Shown: piece after piece, positions 1 through 10,925 of the stretch
Layout of the letters: each line of letters begins with the position of its first letter
How positions within the stretch are numbered: position 1 is the stretch's first letter
Source: Amoeboradix gromovi X-113
Taxonomy: Eukaryota > Fungi > Sanchytriomycota
Reading direction: 5' to 3'
Assembly: GCA_018985225.1 (NCBI GenBank)
Contig: JADGIF010000052.1
Span: 1 to 26,799, forward strand
Length of the DNA stretch: 26,799 bases
The notes under the pieces: generated by a model
What the model saw: the letters and a program-made list of their open reading frames with translations, nothing else
What the model was told of the DNA's origin: nothing
The model's database searches: none
Made by a program: the position numbers and the translations under genes

Positions 1-141
1 AGTTATTTATTTTCCTTTCATACTCATCAACTCCTCAACTAGCTGAGTGTCCACTCGCCTGTAAGTCCATAAATTAATAAAGCTGAAATAATGTTCCAAG
101 TTGCTTCAGAAAGTTAGTCTACTTTTTATATTTGATGTCCC
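1..141 (-). mobile_element. Left end of another family A element, running off the window start
   Basis: TIR GGGACATCAAATATAAAAAGTAGACTAACT at 141-112; homologous to 8821-8940; preceded by C-ATAA. Confidence 0.85.
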
Positions 142-199
142 TTATGCTTTATGGCGGTTTGGTAACTTGAATAAATAAATCATGTATTGAGAACACATG

Positions 200-665
200 C
201 CTTCTATAGCTCGAACAGATAGTTGTAATAGAGTTTTTAAATTGAGTAAATCAGGACATACACCTCACGTCTGAAAATGTCTTAAAATTTCAAAAGTTAG
301 AATATGCCAAATCACTAAGCAACAAAGAGCACAGTCGTACACGTTGTAAAATGCTCTATTTATCAAGTTCTTGTCCAAAAAAAGACAGACATTGATGAAA
401 TGTAATGAAGCAATTACTAGTCCAATGTTTGCAAGCGTGGTACTCGGAATAGAAGCAAGCTGGAGAGATGTGAATATAAAAGCGGTCTTTCAAAGCAGAA
501 GGTTACCGAATGGTAGTAAGGAATGTATTCTCAAGTGGTATGCGTCCTTATCCAATGTCGCGTCAGGGCAGCGCACGCATGAGCAACTGCTGTAACGGAA
601 TGACAAGCATGCTTAGTATCTATGTGGAAATTCTTGATTTTCTCGCAAATCTGCACTTTAAATGA
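200..665 (+). pseudogene. Fanzor2 remnant, second copy, plus candidate omega-RNA
   Basis: KKRQTLMKCNEAITS in ORF 371-595; nucleotides ~517-665 homologous to the reverse complement of 5390-5245; 5' limit approximate. Confidence 0.72.
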
Positions 666-1339
666 AGAGACACTAGACTTTTAACCAGCTCATAAGAGCA
701 TTGGCTTTTCAACAAGTTTTGAATCATGAAAGAATTTAACTTATTTTAGTAAAATCGTTTATTGCAGTGCAATGATTGTGTTCTAGGAAGAGCTATTTGT
801 GACTGCAACTGCTATTTATTATGAAGTGGGTGTTTCCAAGGATAGAATACGACATAGTCCTTATGAAGCTTAATAATGTGCCTTTTGAGAGCGTCCTTTC
901 GAGATAGCATTCGGTAGCAAATGGGGCAGACAAACTTGTTATTGTTATGAACTACATTAAACTATAATACCATGATCTACATGTCTTTTAAGGTCAAATA
1001 TCCTATTAAAACCGGTTTGGCAATAAATGCAATTAAATTGCAGCGTTGGCACTTGCATAATCGAAAATTGAAATATATGCAACTTATATGGTTACTTAAA
1101 TTCCCCTCACTACAGTAGCACCACTTGAACTTCCATGTGAGTAGGATGTCGACGTATTCATCTTAGTCTAAAACATCTTGGCGTACTTAGCCCGTTAGGA
1201 ACGTGAATTCTTAGAGCAGAAGAAAGTTAGTATTTAAAAATTCTGGTACAAGCGTCTCGAAATGAGTTAGATATGCAAATCAGTATGTATATGCTTATCA
1301 CACTTCACAGTTACATCTAGTCAAAATTCAATTTACTTA

Positions 1340-4300
1340 TCATTGCCCTGTACCTTTTTTTGCTACAGTTTCTGGGTTAATCTGAACTCTTTGCGTCTCA
1401 TTGGTAAGATAACTGATATCGTCCCACTAAATTAATAAATAACTACTGGATGTCGATACAATCCCTGCTTCAATCTCTTCTGATCCAAATAATGTCCAGT
1501 GAATCCAATTGTTCTACCCAATACGAATAACCCATTTAATGTCCCAATTTTGATGTATTCTTCAGCTTCTTCCTTGCTAAAGCACCCTGAATGTCTTAAC
1601 AAATCGACGAACAGTACTCCAATCGCACCATCAACGTTTAAAATCAAGTTTTCCTTTTTTAAAGTCGTAATCTCCTCAACTTGTAGAGCATAGTCTAAAA
1701 TTGGAGTTTGGGGGAAATGTGATTTTGCGTAATTCACAACTAGCTCGACTCGCTTGTCTGGGTTTGTCTTACTCTTAATCAAATGGCCAATTCCTAAAAT
1801 TAGCCTGTTCTCCCTTCTCATGTTGTCCACAAACTCACGTGGCGTTTTGCCTGCATCATAATTTTGGCTGAATATCTGAGCAGCTCCATCCAGTGCACCT
1901 CCAAACTTGTCCCCAATAGTTAGCATTCCGCTCACTATAGACGAAATCAAATCTTTTCCTGCCCTTGCTGTAACTATTGTATTGTGCGCTCCACTGACCG
2001 CTGGACCATGATCCGCTGTCAATATTAAAACCATTTCAATGAATTTGCATGCGTATTCTGGCAGTTTACGTTTGAACCAGAGCAAAGAGATAACTCCACC
2101 AATTCCCAGATTCTGGTTAAATATCTCACTGATGGGAACGCCCGCATACAGCAATTCCTCTCCTCTATCATCCGTTATAGTGCTTGTAAAGTTAGCCGGT
2201 TTTCTAATTAGCCCCAAAGAGACGGCCCATGCATAGTCGACAGGAATCTTTGGTATTGCTGGTTCTTTTTCCACAACAATGTCTCTACTCTCTACCAACT
2301 TCAAATAAACAGCATGAAGCATTTCCGGCAACTCTTCAAATGTGTTTGGTACGTTTATATTTGCTTCCTTCATTGCCTTGTTTTTAGCCATCGCTGTCTC
2401 CCTAGAACTGTTGGCGAATGCGCCTGCATGTCCAAATTGTACATTAGTTGTGAACAAATCAGCACATGTACCTATACACCAAGCAACAATTGGTGTAGTG
2501 ATAGTTTTGCTCTTTACTGCCTCAATCACGGCATATTCTTCACTTCCACCTACTTCACCTAGCAGAACAATTAGTTTAACATGCGGGTCATTGTCAAATC
2601 TAATTACGTGGTCAATAAATGTACTATTTGGGTATTTATCCCCTCCGATAGCTACACCTTCATATACTCCGTTTGTGCATCTGCTAATCATATTATTTAG
2701 TTCGTTGCTCATTCCGCCACTCTTACTTATGTAGCCTACACTTCCTGGTCTGTACAGCTTACTATCGACAATATTATCCATCATTCCACCCGTATTTCCA
2801 ATTTTAAAACAGCCAGCTTTGACACCACCAACAGTGGCAGGTCCTATAATAAGCACACCTTGCTGCTTCGCTTTATGCAGCAGCACTCTTGCACGCTGCT
2901 CTGGCACTCCTTCTGCTATAATACAGATAGTTTTAATTTGTGGAAAGTTTAGCATTTCCAAAGTGCTTGAATAAACAGATCTGCAGCTAGTGAAGTTAAC
3001 AACAACCTCTACATTTGGATGGTTGTTTATTGCCTTTAACAAAGAATCGTAAACGTTAATCAATATTTCACTGGTACCCCAGTAATATTTCATCTTTGAG
3101 TCACCTCCAAACGGATAAATAATGGCTGCAACAGAGGGTGAAGATCTTTTACATATATAGTCGAAATCCAACATTCCTTGAACTGCTTTAGGCTGCATTC
3201 CCCATATAAAAGATTGTGTTTGACTTGTAAAGGTTGGTTCAAATGACGCATTTGGAAACTTAGTAGGCGAAGTAGTAGACACTCTGTTTGACTCTGTGGT
3301 TACTTTAGATCCGGACATGTTATTAGAACCAGCTGCTCCACTAGTTGCTGTGCTAGTTGCTGTGTTAGATGGAGTTTCTCCCCATTCTAATCCAGGCTTA
3401 TTAAACAGAGCCATTGGAACTATACCAGTCACATGTGTCTCAGGACCATAAACATGCATATCCAATTTCAAAGAGATACCCACAGCCTTGATTTCTTCTA
3501 ATCCTTGCTGGTAGTTAGGGCCAGCTCTGCGTATATAAATACGAGTATTATGCTGCTGTAATTTAACAGCGTACTCATGTAGTGCTTTAATTATTCCCTT
3601 GAAAGTTGAAGCAACATTTGTAAAATTGGCAATTCCACCTCCAATTAATAAAATTTTTTGTTTAGTCATATCGTTACGAGTCATTAAGTCCATCACAGTT
3701 TTGGCGTAAAGATATGTTTGTTCCGTAGAGGGTGCACCACTGTATTCACCATAATTAGCTAGCTCTTCGCTAAAGCCATGATTGCAAATCGCATCAGCAT
3801 AAGCCACACTTGCACCACCACCGGCAACTAATGTCCAAACTGTACCAAATGGGTTAAGTATTGTAAGCTTTAATGAAGCGCCTGTTTTGGCATCTAGTTC
3901 GCTAATAAATATTTCTTCAGGTGACTGAACTCGACCAAACGGTGGGGGATAACTTAAAGGACTAGAAAGTGCCTTCAAATACTTGTCGTGACATTCAAAA
4001 TCAGCAGTTTGATCAATAATAGCTGCTAGATCCATCATAGAGATAGTAAACGGCTTGTTGTTTATCAAACCGGCAGATTGGGTAATTGCGGTTAAAAGTG
4101 GCGAGTTTGAAATTTCACTAGATTCTAACAAAACCAATGGGTTGATTTCCAGATAAGTGAAATGCAAGTCAACATAAACAGCGACCAGACGCATAATAAA
4201 TTCAATCAAAACAGCATGATGATTTTCAGGCACTTTCGTTAACAAAGACTTGACAAGTGACTCCGTGCATCGTTCTAAAGCTGGAATCAATACTTGCTCA

Positions 4301-4773
4301 GACTTAACATCTACATCGCCAATATCAACACCACCTAAATGGTAAAAATAGATGATGTCACCCTGTCTCTGACTAGTTATGCAGATGTAATACTCTAACT
4401 TGTGTGGGATAAAAGGCTCCACAATAAAGTGAGTAAGTTGCCCGGAGACCTTGTCAAATGCAACAGAACTGTGCTGATTAATCCACTCCAAGCACTCTGA
4501 GTAAGATTTGTTAAGGCCTATCAGACCTAGTTTTCCGCGGCGCTTGATGAGCATATCTGGTTTGACCACATATTTCAAAGATTCAGAAGGCGCTTGAGGA
4601 TGGGGTTTGTTGGTGTATTGGCACATGTTGCCGGCAAGAAAGTTGAACGAGACGCTGTTTTTGTCCTCTTCATGAGTTTTTTTGAAGTCATTGTTTAGAA
4701 GGAGATGACTGCGGTGCAAATGATGTTGGATAATCAATTTACCATCAAATTCACGAATGGGTTTGGCACTCAT
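1340..4773 (-). CDS. ACL1: ATP-citrate lyase, single-chain (fused) form, ~1137 aa; exons 4773-1447 and 1426-1340
   Basis: Begins MSAKPIREFDGK; contains KPDMLIKRRGK, GGGIANFT, phospho-His QFGHAG and ADHGPAVSGA motifs. Removing a 20-nt intron restores the conserved C-terminal YRHP|WDDISY. Confidence 0.96.
1427..1446 (-). other. 20-nt spliceosomal intron (ACL)
   Basis: GTAGTTATTTATTAATTTAG; splicing joins RHP to WDDISY. Confidence 0.93.
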
Positions 4774-4957
4774 TGCTGTATTAAGGAGGAGGGGGTAAAA
4801 ATAGATTCTTTTCATGCGAACATGTGGGACAGGATCTATGGATTATTAAACTAAATGGAAGAGACTGCGTGAAATTACTCTAGCACTGCACATCGTGTGC
4901 CGTGGGGAAGGGCTATAGCGTGAATTCACACTTCTTTATTTTATTATATACATCAAT

Positions 4958-5243
4958 ATATCCCGTTTATTTTGGCTAGTTGCATCTTTGAATATGAAAA
5001 AGTATTGGTATGATATTCATGAAATAATTACAACGGAAACGCAAGTGTTCCTGAGTATACTTCGTTATAAAAGCAGGAAAAGTCATTTGCTGGGTATACG
5101 CCCCAAAGAATCCTTTCCGCGGGCATCTAGTAGCGCCTAACAGAAGGTTGTTCAAAGATATCTGACGGGCCGACACTTTTGAAATCATTGCTTGGTATAA
5201 AACCCGATCTATCAACCCAGAAAATGTCATGTATACTTGCTTC
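4958..5243 (+). pseudogene. Possible piggyBac-like transposase C-terminal remnant
   Basis: RLFWLVASLN...LSILRYK...HLLG...RYLTGRHF*...PRKCHV in one frame with stops; weak resemblance by eye. Confidence 0.3.
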
Positions 5244-5244
5244 T

Positions 5245-5740
5245 CGTTAAAAGTCCTGCATTCCGCAGAAAATCGACAATTTCCACAGAGAAACTAGCAG
5301 TGCCACATGCTCCGTTACAGTGCCTGCTCACGCTCTCACTACCTGAGGCGGGATTGAATGAGGATGCATATACTTGATGTATATGTTCCTTGCAGCCATA
5401 TGGTCTCTATCTATTTCCAAATGACAATTGGTACATGTTTATGTTTCTAAATTAGTTTTCTTTAGAGTACCATACCTTGTACATGTCTGACTAGTAAATG
5501 ATTCATTGCATTCGATCATCGTCTTTCCTCTTTGCTTACACTTGAACTTCAAGCGTTCCTTGTATAAATTATTCAGATATCACTGTCTAGGCATTGAAAG
5601 ACATCTAATTCTTCCATGTTTGGACCCGTTCCTCAGTGTTGATGAATTTATGCTGTACCTTTAGTTATTTGTTTAGAATTGATTTACCGTTTGCGAAAAA
5701 GAAAAATATCGAGTGTTAAGGTATTAGAAAAATCTGGAAA
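5245..5740 (-). pseudogene. Fanzor2 (IS607-TnpB-like) remnant plus candidate omega-RNA
   Basis: From 5564 down: YKERLKFKCKQRGKTMIECNESFTSQTCTRYG...*TCTNCHLEIDRDHMAARNIYIKY; limits approximate. Confidence 0.88.
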
Positions 5741-5849
5741 AGTCTTGAAATGATACAAAAATATATACAAATTCGCTATAAATGATTTATTCAAGAAAAC
5801 AATCGAGCTGTACTACTCATAAAAAACAACTTGGCAGCTAAGTGCCTTA

Positions 5850-6002
5850 ATAGACTATTGTTGAGACGTTTTTGAAGGAGAAATTTCAACTTATAATTTG
5901 CCCATTATCGCAAAGTATGCATAAACATGTTTTTCACCACTATTTTCAAACGTAAGAAAGGTTTTTTGTTAATACCAGCGGGAAAAGTAACTAGCGATAG
6001 AC
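5850..6002 (+). pseudogene. Possible hAT dimerisation-domain remnant
   Basis: YNLPIIAKYA*...SP..SNV / ERFF / AGKVTSDR across frameshifts. Confidence 0.3.
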
Positions 6003-6185
6003 CCACTGCAGTGCGGTAGAGAGTAGAGCCCTGGATATATGTTTAAGCGGTCTCGAGTCTATCAGCTGTATGCTCTAGACATGTGAAGCCCGAATCTTCA
6101 AAATCTTGCTGTGAGTCGGGGTAAATGAGGAACCACTTTTGCATTTTTTGGAAAATTGTTGTCTAACAAAGGAGTTGTAATTTTA

Positions 6186-7142
6186 ATGATCGTAATATTT
6201 CTAGATTTTATATCTGCTCTACCGTACAACCAATTAAGGCCCCTCCATTCAAGTCATGGACTCAAAACGATGCTTTCAAACGCTGATGTTATGGGTACCG
6301 CTGCAGCTGCAGCGGCCGAGATTTTCACTTCCAGTGGACTATCCCTTGGTCAATTCATTCGTGTCTCATGGGATTCAATTATGCCTAGGAGCCAAATGGG
6401 TGCGATCACAGATTCAGAATTTCAAAATGAAATGGCAAACAAACTTAAAGCAGCAAGCACTTTTAATGATTTTGCAATGCTGTGGCCACTCGTTTACTGT
6501 TATAACGATGATTACCTTTATCGCTTTAACACCTTCTTTGACATATCACCTAAATTAAATTACGAGTATATTGAGAAATACAAGCCATCAGATGATATAG
6601 ATATTGTTACGTACCTGGTAAACCATTATTTATCGTGCAGTTCAGATTATGGGCTTCGAAAGCTTTCCGATCTACCGATCGAAAGCATACGGGTTTCTAA
6701 CTGGCTTTACTTTGTTTCGGTACATCCTAGCATTCATTCAGAAATTTTAGAGTTAATAGGAAATAAGCTCCTTCAGGAGGATGTTGTTCTGGATCTGAAT
6801 TATGCTCATTTAACTTCCTATTTCTTCTACAATATGGAGAAAATATATCAAAGCTTGCCGGCTGATAGCACTGAAATTAAGAACAATTTTGGCAAATGGT
6901 ATTCAGAAATAAGAAAGCTTTTAGATGATGGCCCCCTAATCGAGAATTTATCTAAGAATGTTTATAGTTCTATTCCTCAATATCAGGCGATTGGAAAAAA
7001 TGGCTTAGTTCAAAATATTCCTGAAACTCGTCTTGATGATACAATTACTGTTCGTGGCAAGAATCCACCATTCCCTGTTCCAATAAGAACACCGCGCGGA
7101 AATTCATTATGGGGAATTTCGCCAAAGGCTGGCAATAAATAA
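6186..7142 (+). CDS. Hypothetical, probably secreted protein (~318 aa)
   Basis: Long ORF with hydrophobic N-terminus MIVIFLDFISALP; no recognisable domain; start chosen as first ATG. Confidence 0.6.
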   Translation: MIVIFLDFISALPYNQLRPLHSSHGLKTMLSNADVMGTAAAAAAEIFTSSGLSLGQFIRVSWDSIMPRSQMGAITDSEFQNEMANKLKAASTFNDFAMLWPLVYCYNDDYLYRFNTFFDISPKLNYEYIEKYKPSDDIDIVTYLVNHYLSCSSDYGLRKLSDLPIESIRVSNWLYFVSVHPSIHSEILELIGNKLLQEDVVLDLNYAHLTSYFFYNMEKIYQSLPADSTEIKNNFGKWYSEIRKLLDDGPLIENLSKNVYSSIPQYQAIGKNGLVQNIPETRLDDTITVRGKNPPFPVPIRTPRGNSLWGISPKAGNK

Positions 7143-7464
7143 CTATTTAGTCTAATAACCTTCAGTCCACGTAGCCTATTGGATGGGCTCAATTTATTTT
7201 TTACCCCAAGTTATTTCCTAACAATATCAATGATGTAGTTTGATTGGTGTGTAATATATTTCTGAAACGGAAATCTTACTCAAATAGAAACTTGATCGTC
7301 TACAACTATGTTTTATGACACATACGAGTTAACAGATAGTGTAAATGGCAAGTACCAAACATTCAAGCTTCAAAGACGATTTTCGATAACTGATTTACCT
7401 ATAATTCAGATGGACCTCTATGACAAAGATCCGATAATAATAAATGATGTGTATATTTATTTAT

Positions 7465-8102
7465 TCAATCCATTCTTCCTCTCAATCGTTTAGTAACAAT
7501 CTTGTCTTTTGTTCTACGTTAATTTAGAAATACAGAACTACGACCTCGATTCCCCATCCACTGAAAGCGTCTCTATCAACTCCATTTAACATACACTGGG
7601 CAGTACACTCAAAAATCTCATCATGGCTCAAATCATCAGTAACTAAATTCTCAGCCATACCGAACAAACTGTGCTCTGCCGTTCCACCGACAACGAAGTC
7701 TTTCGCAAAGTTGATACAACCTATAACATCCATCGAACAAATAAATGGCTCGCCGTCACCGTCAAAACCGCAAACAATAGGTTCCACAAAGTACGGACCA
7801 AATCTTTTTTCATAAAGTAAGCTGCTGATCATATGTGCACAGTCCTTGGCTGTAATATCTTTATGGTGAGTTAGCTTGTAAATATTGGTATGGTATTTCA
7901 ATAGCTGCATTAATTGTTGGGTATCTGTGGCTAATCCCGGCAAAGCTACAACAACTTTTGAGTTTACTCTAAAAATTTTGGAAAAATTACAGCCCAAGGT
8001 CAACAATTGCTGGCCAAATCTTAAATCGCTAGCTATACTAACGCATCCTTTACCTTTTACAGCCATACACGAAGCACCATTTTGTTGCATTGGAGAGGAC
8101 AT
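7465..8102 (-). CDS. PUP3: 20S proteasome subunit beta type-3, 205 aa; exons 8102-7534 and 7513-7465
   Basis: Motifs GKGCVSIASDLRFG, GLATD, LYEKRFGPYFVEP, DRDAFSGWG. Splicing gives the canonical end TKRLRGRMD and a length of 205 aa. Confidence 0.96.
7514..7533 (-). other. 20-nt spliceosomal intron (proteasome beta3)
   Basis: GTATTTCTAAATTAACGTAG; restores the C-terminus. Confidence 0.93.
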
Positions 8103-8139
8103 GTTGCAAAAATAATAAAAATACAAACTGGTGTATGTC

Positions 8140-8400
8140 AGCCATTTCAATTAAAAACATGTAAGTCTAAAGAACTGACTAGCAGACATGTAAAACAATC
8201 ATCCACGCTTAAATTCTGGTCCAATCAGAGTAACACAATCTTTATCAACACCAGGAAAGAGATTCACACCGATACATACTATTGATAACTGTCTAGTATA
8301 CGACAGATAAGAATCCCACATATTGAAAAAAAAGAATTTAGATCTCTATCTTAAACCACAATCCTCTGTACACAGTCATGAATTTTAATTGAACAAACCA
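8140..8400 (-). pseudogene. Short Fanzor/TnpB C-terminal remnant
   Basis: LCTEDCGL (frameshift) DRDLNSFF at ~8375-8327; downstream hairpins such as CTGTC/GACAG. Confidence 0.5.
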
Positions 8401-8510
8401 GTCATCCCAACAGCGTGAATTTTATCCCAAACCGTTATTTTTACTATAATCTATTAATTGAATAAAAACGAGATATTTTACTTTTATCTTTTATTGCAAA
8501 AGTCTATTTA

Positions 8511-8718
8511 TCATCTTTGGTAAAATGCGTCAAATTTAGATACATTGCGTTAGTATACGAAATTATAGATTAGTACTGGATTATGTTACAATACAGAAAC
8601 TAAGAGTTGAAATGCATTGCTTTAAAATGATTTGTATTATCCTGTCCTAAACTATTTAAAGAATTGAAATTTTGCACTTTCGAAGATAGCAAGAAAATCG
8701 TTTGCATTTTACCGATGA
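8511..8718. repeat. Possible ~208-bp MITE
   Basis: TCATC(TTT)GGTAAAATGC ... GCATTTTACCGATGA inverted repeat, TA near both flanks. Confidence 0.33.
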
Positions 8719-8820
8719 GTAGTGTACATATAGACACTATCTGAAGTGCAGTCATGTGGCATTAAATTGAATGACTGTTCAGTCATGGAGGTCGATGGAA
8801 TTTCACTAAAGAAAACATGC

Positions 8821-9263
8821 GGGACATCAAACATAAAAACTGGACTAACTTTCTGTAACAACTTGGAACATTATTTCAGCTTTATTACTTTATGGATTTA
8901 AGAGACGAGTTGGCGAGTATAAAAGGAAAATAAATATTCTGTACAGCTATTCTCTTACTCTTTCATCCAATCTTTATTTCAAATAAAATATCACTATTAT
9001 AGATAAGAGTAATGATGTCAGTATAACATTAAATGACACTAGAAAAGAATAACGTCTAAGAAAATGCACCTTTTGCTTAGATGCTCAAAGACCTCGTATA
9101 TTTGAACGAGATGCAGGGTCTTCTACTATTATTTTGAAGAGGGGATTGATAGTAATGAAAGAAAATTGGTATAATAGAAGAAGATCTTTTATTAATGATA
9201 GCATTTCCTCCGTATGGAGCACCTTTAAAAACGAGTTAGTCTAGTTTTTATATTTGGTGTCCC
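8821..9263 (+). mobile_element. Complete non-autonomous TIR element ('ghost') of Fanzor1 family A, 443 bp
   Basis: 30-bp TIRs at 8821-8850 and 9234-9263 (27/30 match); ATGC duplicated at 8817-8820 and 9264-9267; internal frame 9053-9244 reads RLRKCTFC...FERD (zinc-ribbon half plus RuvC-III). Confidence 0.88.
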
Positions 9264-9267
9264 ATGC

Positions 9268-9983
9268 CTTTCTTTCAAATTTGAGACAAGTCCCAAGTCT
9301 AAACCCATTAATTACTATGAGGCACGCAATCATAAACTGACCCCATTCCATTAAATAGGGGTTTTGATTGATGCACATAATGGGTGTCCCAAAGGAATCG
9401 TTGCATAAAAGTTCATATCTTACCATAATGTTTCTTGTAGGTGCTACAATAACTTATTATAACTTGTTCTATTTTTATAGATGCATCCATCTCTCTTTCA
9501 GTTACAAGAGTATTTGTACACCGACGTTGTTGTTGAGCGTTAAGTGATATCATCTCTTTTAGTAAGGTGTGATGACATTCGTAACACAACTTTGAGGTTT
9601 CAAATTCTGGTGCTATAATCATTCTAGTTCTATCACATAAGAATGTATTAGGCGTTTAATTGGAACAGTGGATTCCCTTAACAATTACCATAACTACCAT
9701 CTCCAAATAAATGTTTCTTCTTCTTTCATGATTTTTCTTGACAAAGATTTATAATTCCACCGACTACTCTATCCATCAAGATGAAAAGATCTAGATGGAA
9801 CAAGGCTTTCTCCAAGGTTATTGAGATAGCTTGTTATCTATTTGGAGTATTCAAAGGACATGAATGCATATCAACAAACTTAAAGATATCAAATCTCTCA
9901 TCAATTGCTTCTTTGGTACGAAGATCTTTGACCGTTTTCAACTTCTTTTTGCGCTCATAAAGAATAGGAACATCATGATGCAT
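9268..9983 (-). pseudogene. Fanzor1 family B pseudogene plus candidate omega-RNA
   Basis: Frameshifted LFGDGSYG / TVPIKRLI / FLCDRTRMIIAPEFETSKLCYECH ... RRCTN ... REMDASIKI; long hairpin at 9393-9280 downstream of the stop. Confidence 0.8.
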
Positions 9984-10206
9984 ATTAGTTTATTTTTAAT
10001 TCTAGAATTACAAAAAGTATTTATTGAAGTATGAAACAATTTGGTTGAATATCGATAAAGTCAAACTGTCGTTGGATGTCTCTAATATTTAGCTCTCCTA
10101 AATTTGAATTCAGCCACTCAAGATTCTTAATATTGATTGGGAAAGAAATTTGATACCAATCAAACTGCCAATTTGTAGTTTAAAACCATCCTGTAATCTA
10201 GGTAGG

Positions 10207-10533
10207 ATGGAAATATCTTTTTTATTAAACCCTCGGCTCAATTGCTATAAGTGCTCAAAATCTTTCAAAAAGCCTTGCAGCTTGTATCGACATGAGCGAA
10301 ATGTACATGCAGATCGTTTCACATGCAAGTTTTGCTTAAAACGAATCAAAGCTATGGGCAGACCCGATGCTTTACGGGCGCATTTATACCGGTGCAAGCA
10401 ATTTTTAAGTAGCAGCAATGCCTGTACTAAAATCGAACTTAACGATGAGATTGAGGAAGTTTCCTCTATAGTATTTAAAAAATCCGGGTTTGACAAAAGA
10501 ACTGGGTTAAGTCAACAGTTCGATTTGATTTGA
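10207..10533 (+). CDS. Small C2H2 zinc-finger protein (~108 aa)
   Basis: CYKC-x12-HERNVH finger plus a second CKFC...HLYRC finger; N-terminal MEISFLLN. Confidence 0.75.
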   Translation: MEISFLLNPRLNCYKCSKSFKKPCSLYRHERNVHADRFTCKFCLKRIKAMGRPDALRAHLYRCKQFLSSSNACTKIELNDEIEEVSSIVFKKSGFDKRTGLSQQFDLI

Positions 10534-10559
10534 AGAATTTAAGAAAATAAATCTATTAA

Positions 10560-10925
10560 AGGTATTGAAGTTATTTTTATATAAAGCTGATGAATCTTAT
10601 TGGATAAACCATTTATCGAGAATACATCTTTTTTGGTATACATACTCTTCTTTTCTAGATAGTCTAATGGGATAAAAACGCGATGTCCCCGCTATTTATT
10701 AATGACAAGTAGTTCTAAACCTGCGATCCCGAACATATAGGATCTAAAGAAATAACAACAGATACAGCATATCATCGACATTGTGAAACTGGTGTGGATA
10801 GAGATCATATTGCAGCAAGAAATAGATATCAAAAGTATATACCCTAATTCAATCCCGCCACAGGGTACTAAAAGCTCGAGAAACCACTGTAATGGAGAAA
10901 TTAATTTCTCTGAAATTGCGTCTTT
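10560..10925 (+). pseudogene. Fanzor2 remnant, third copy, plus candidate omega-RNA
   Basis: WYTYSSFLDSL...; HCETGVDRDHIAARN (10779-10823); downstream TTCAATCCCGCC...CACTGTAA shared with the 5245-5740 copy. Confidence 0.78.

Noticed and set aside
1081-1320. Minus-strand KCDKHIHTDL as another TnpB end
   Set aside because: Motif match too weak and no second copy seen.
1499-2734. Short antisense or alternate-frame ORFs inside ACL, ADH, chitin synthase, ABCA and others
   Set aside because: Shadow ORFs of long conserved genes with no motifs.
4774-4815. Upstream extensions of the ORF track (ACL 4815, beta3 8150, ABCA 26006, TTG starts)
   Set aside because: Conserved N-termini begin at downstream ATGs for ACL and beta3; the ABCA extension looks non-coding, though that start is less certain.
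4881-6030. Weak similarity between 4884-4915 and 6004-6030 (CACTGCA...GTGC)
   Set aside because: Short, gapped and compatible with chance.
7150-7460. ORF 7308-7493 and minus-strand RFPFQKYITHQ (Fanzor bridge-helix-like)
   Set aside because: Too short, with no accompanying catalytic or Cys motifs.
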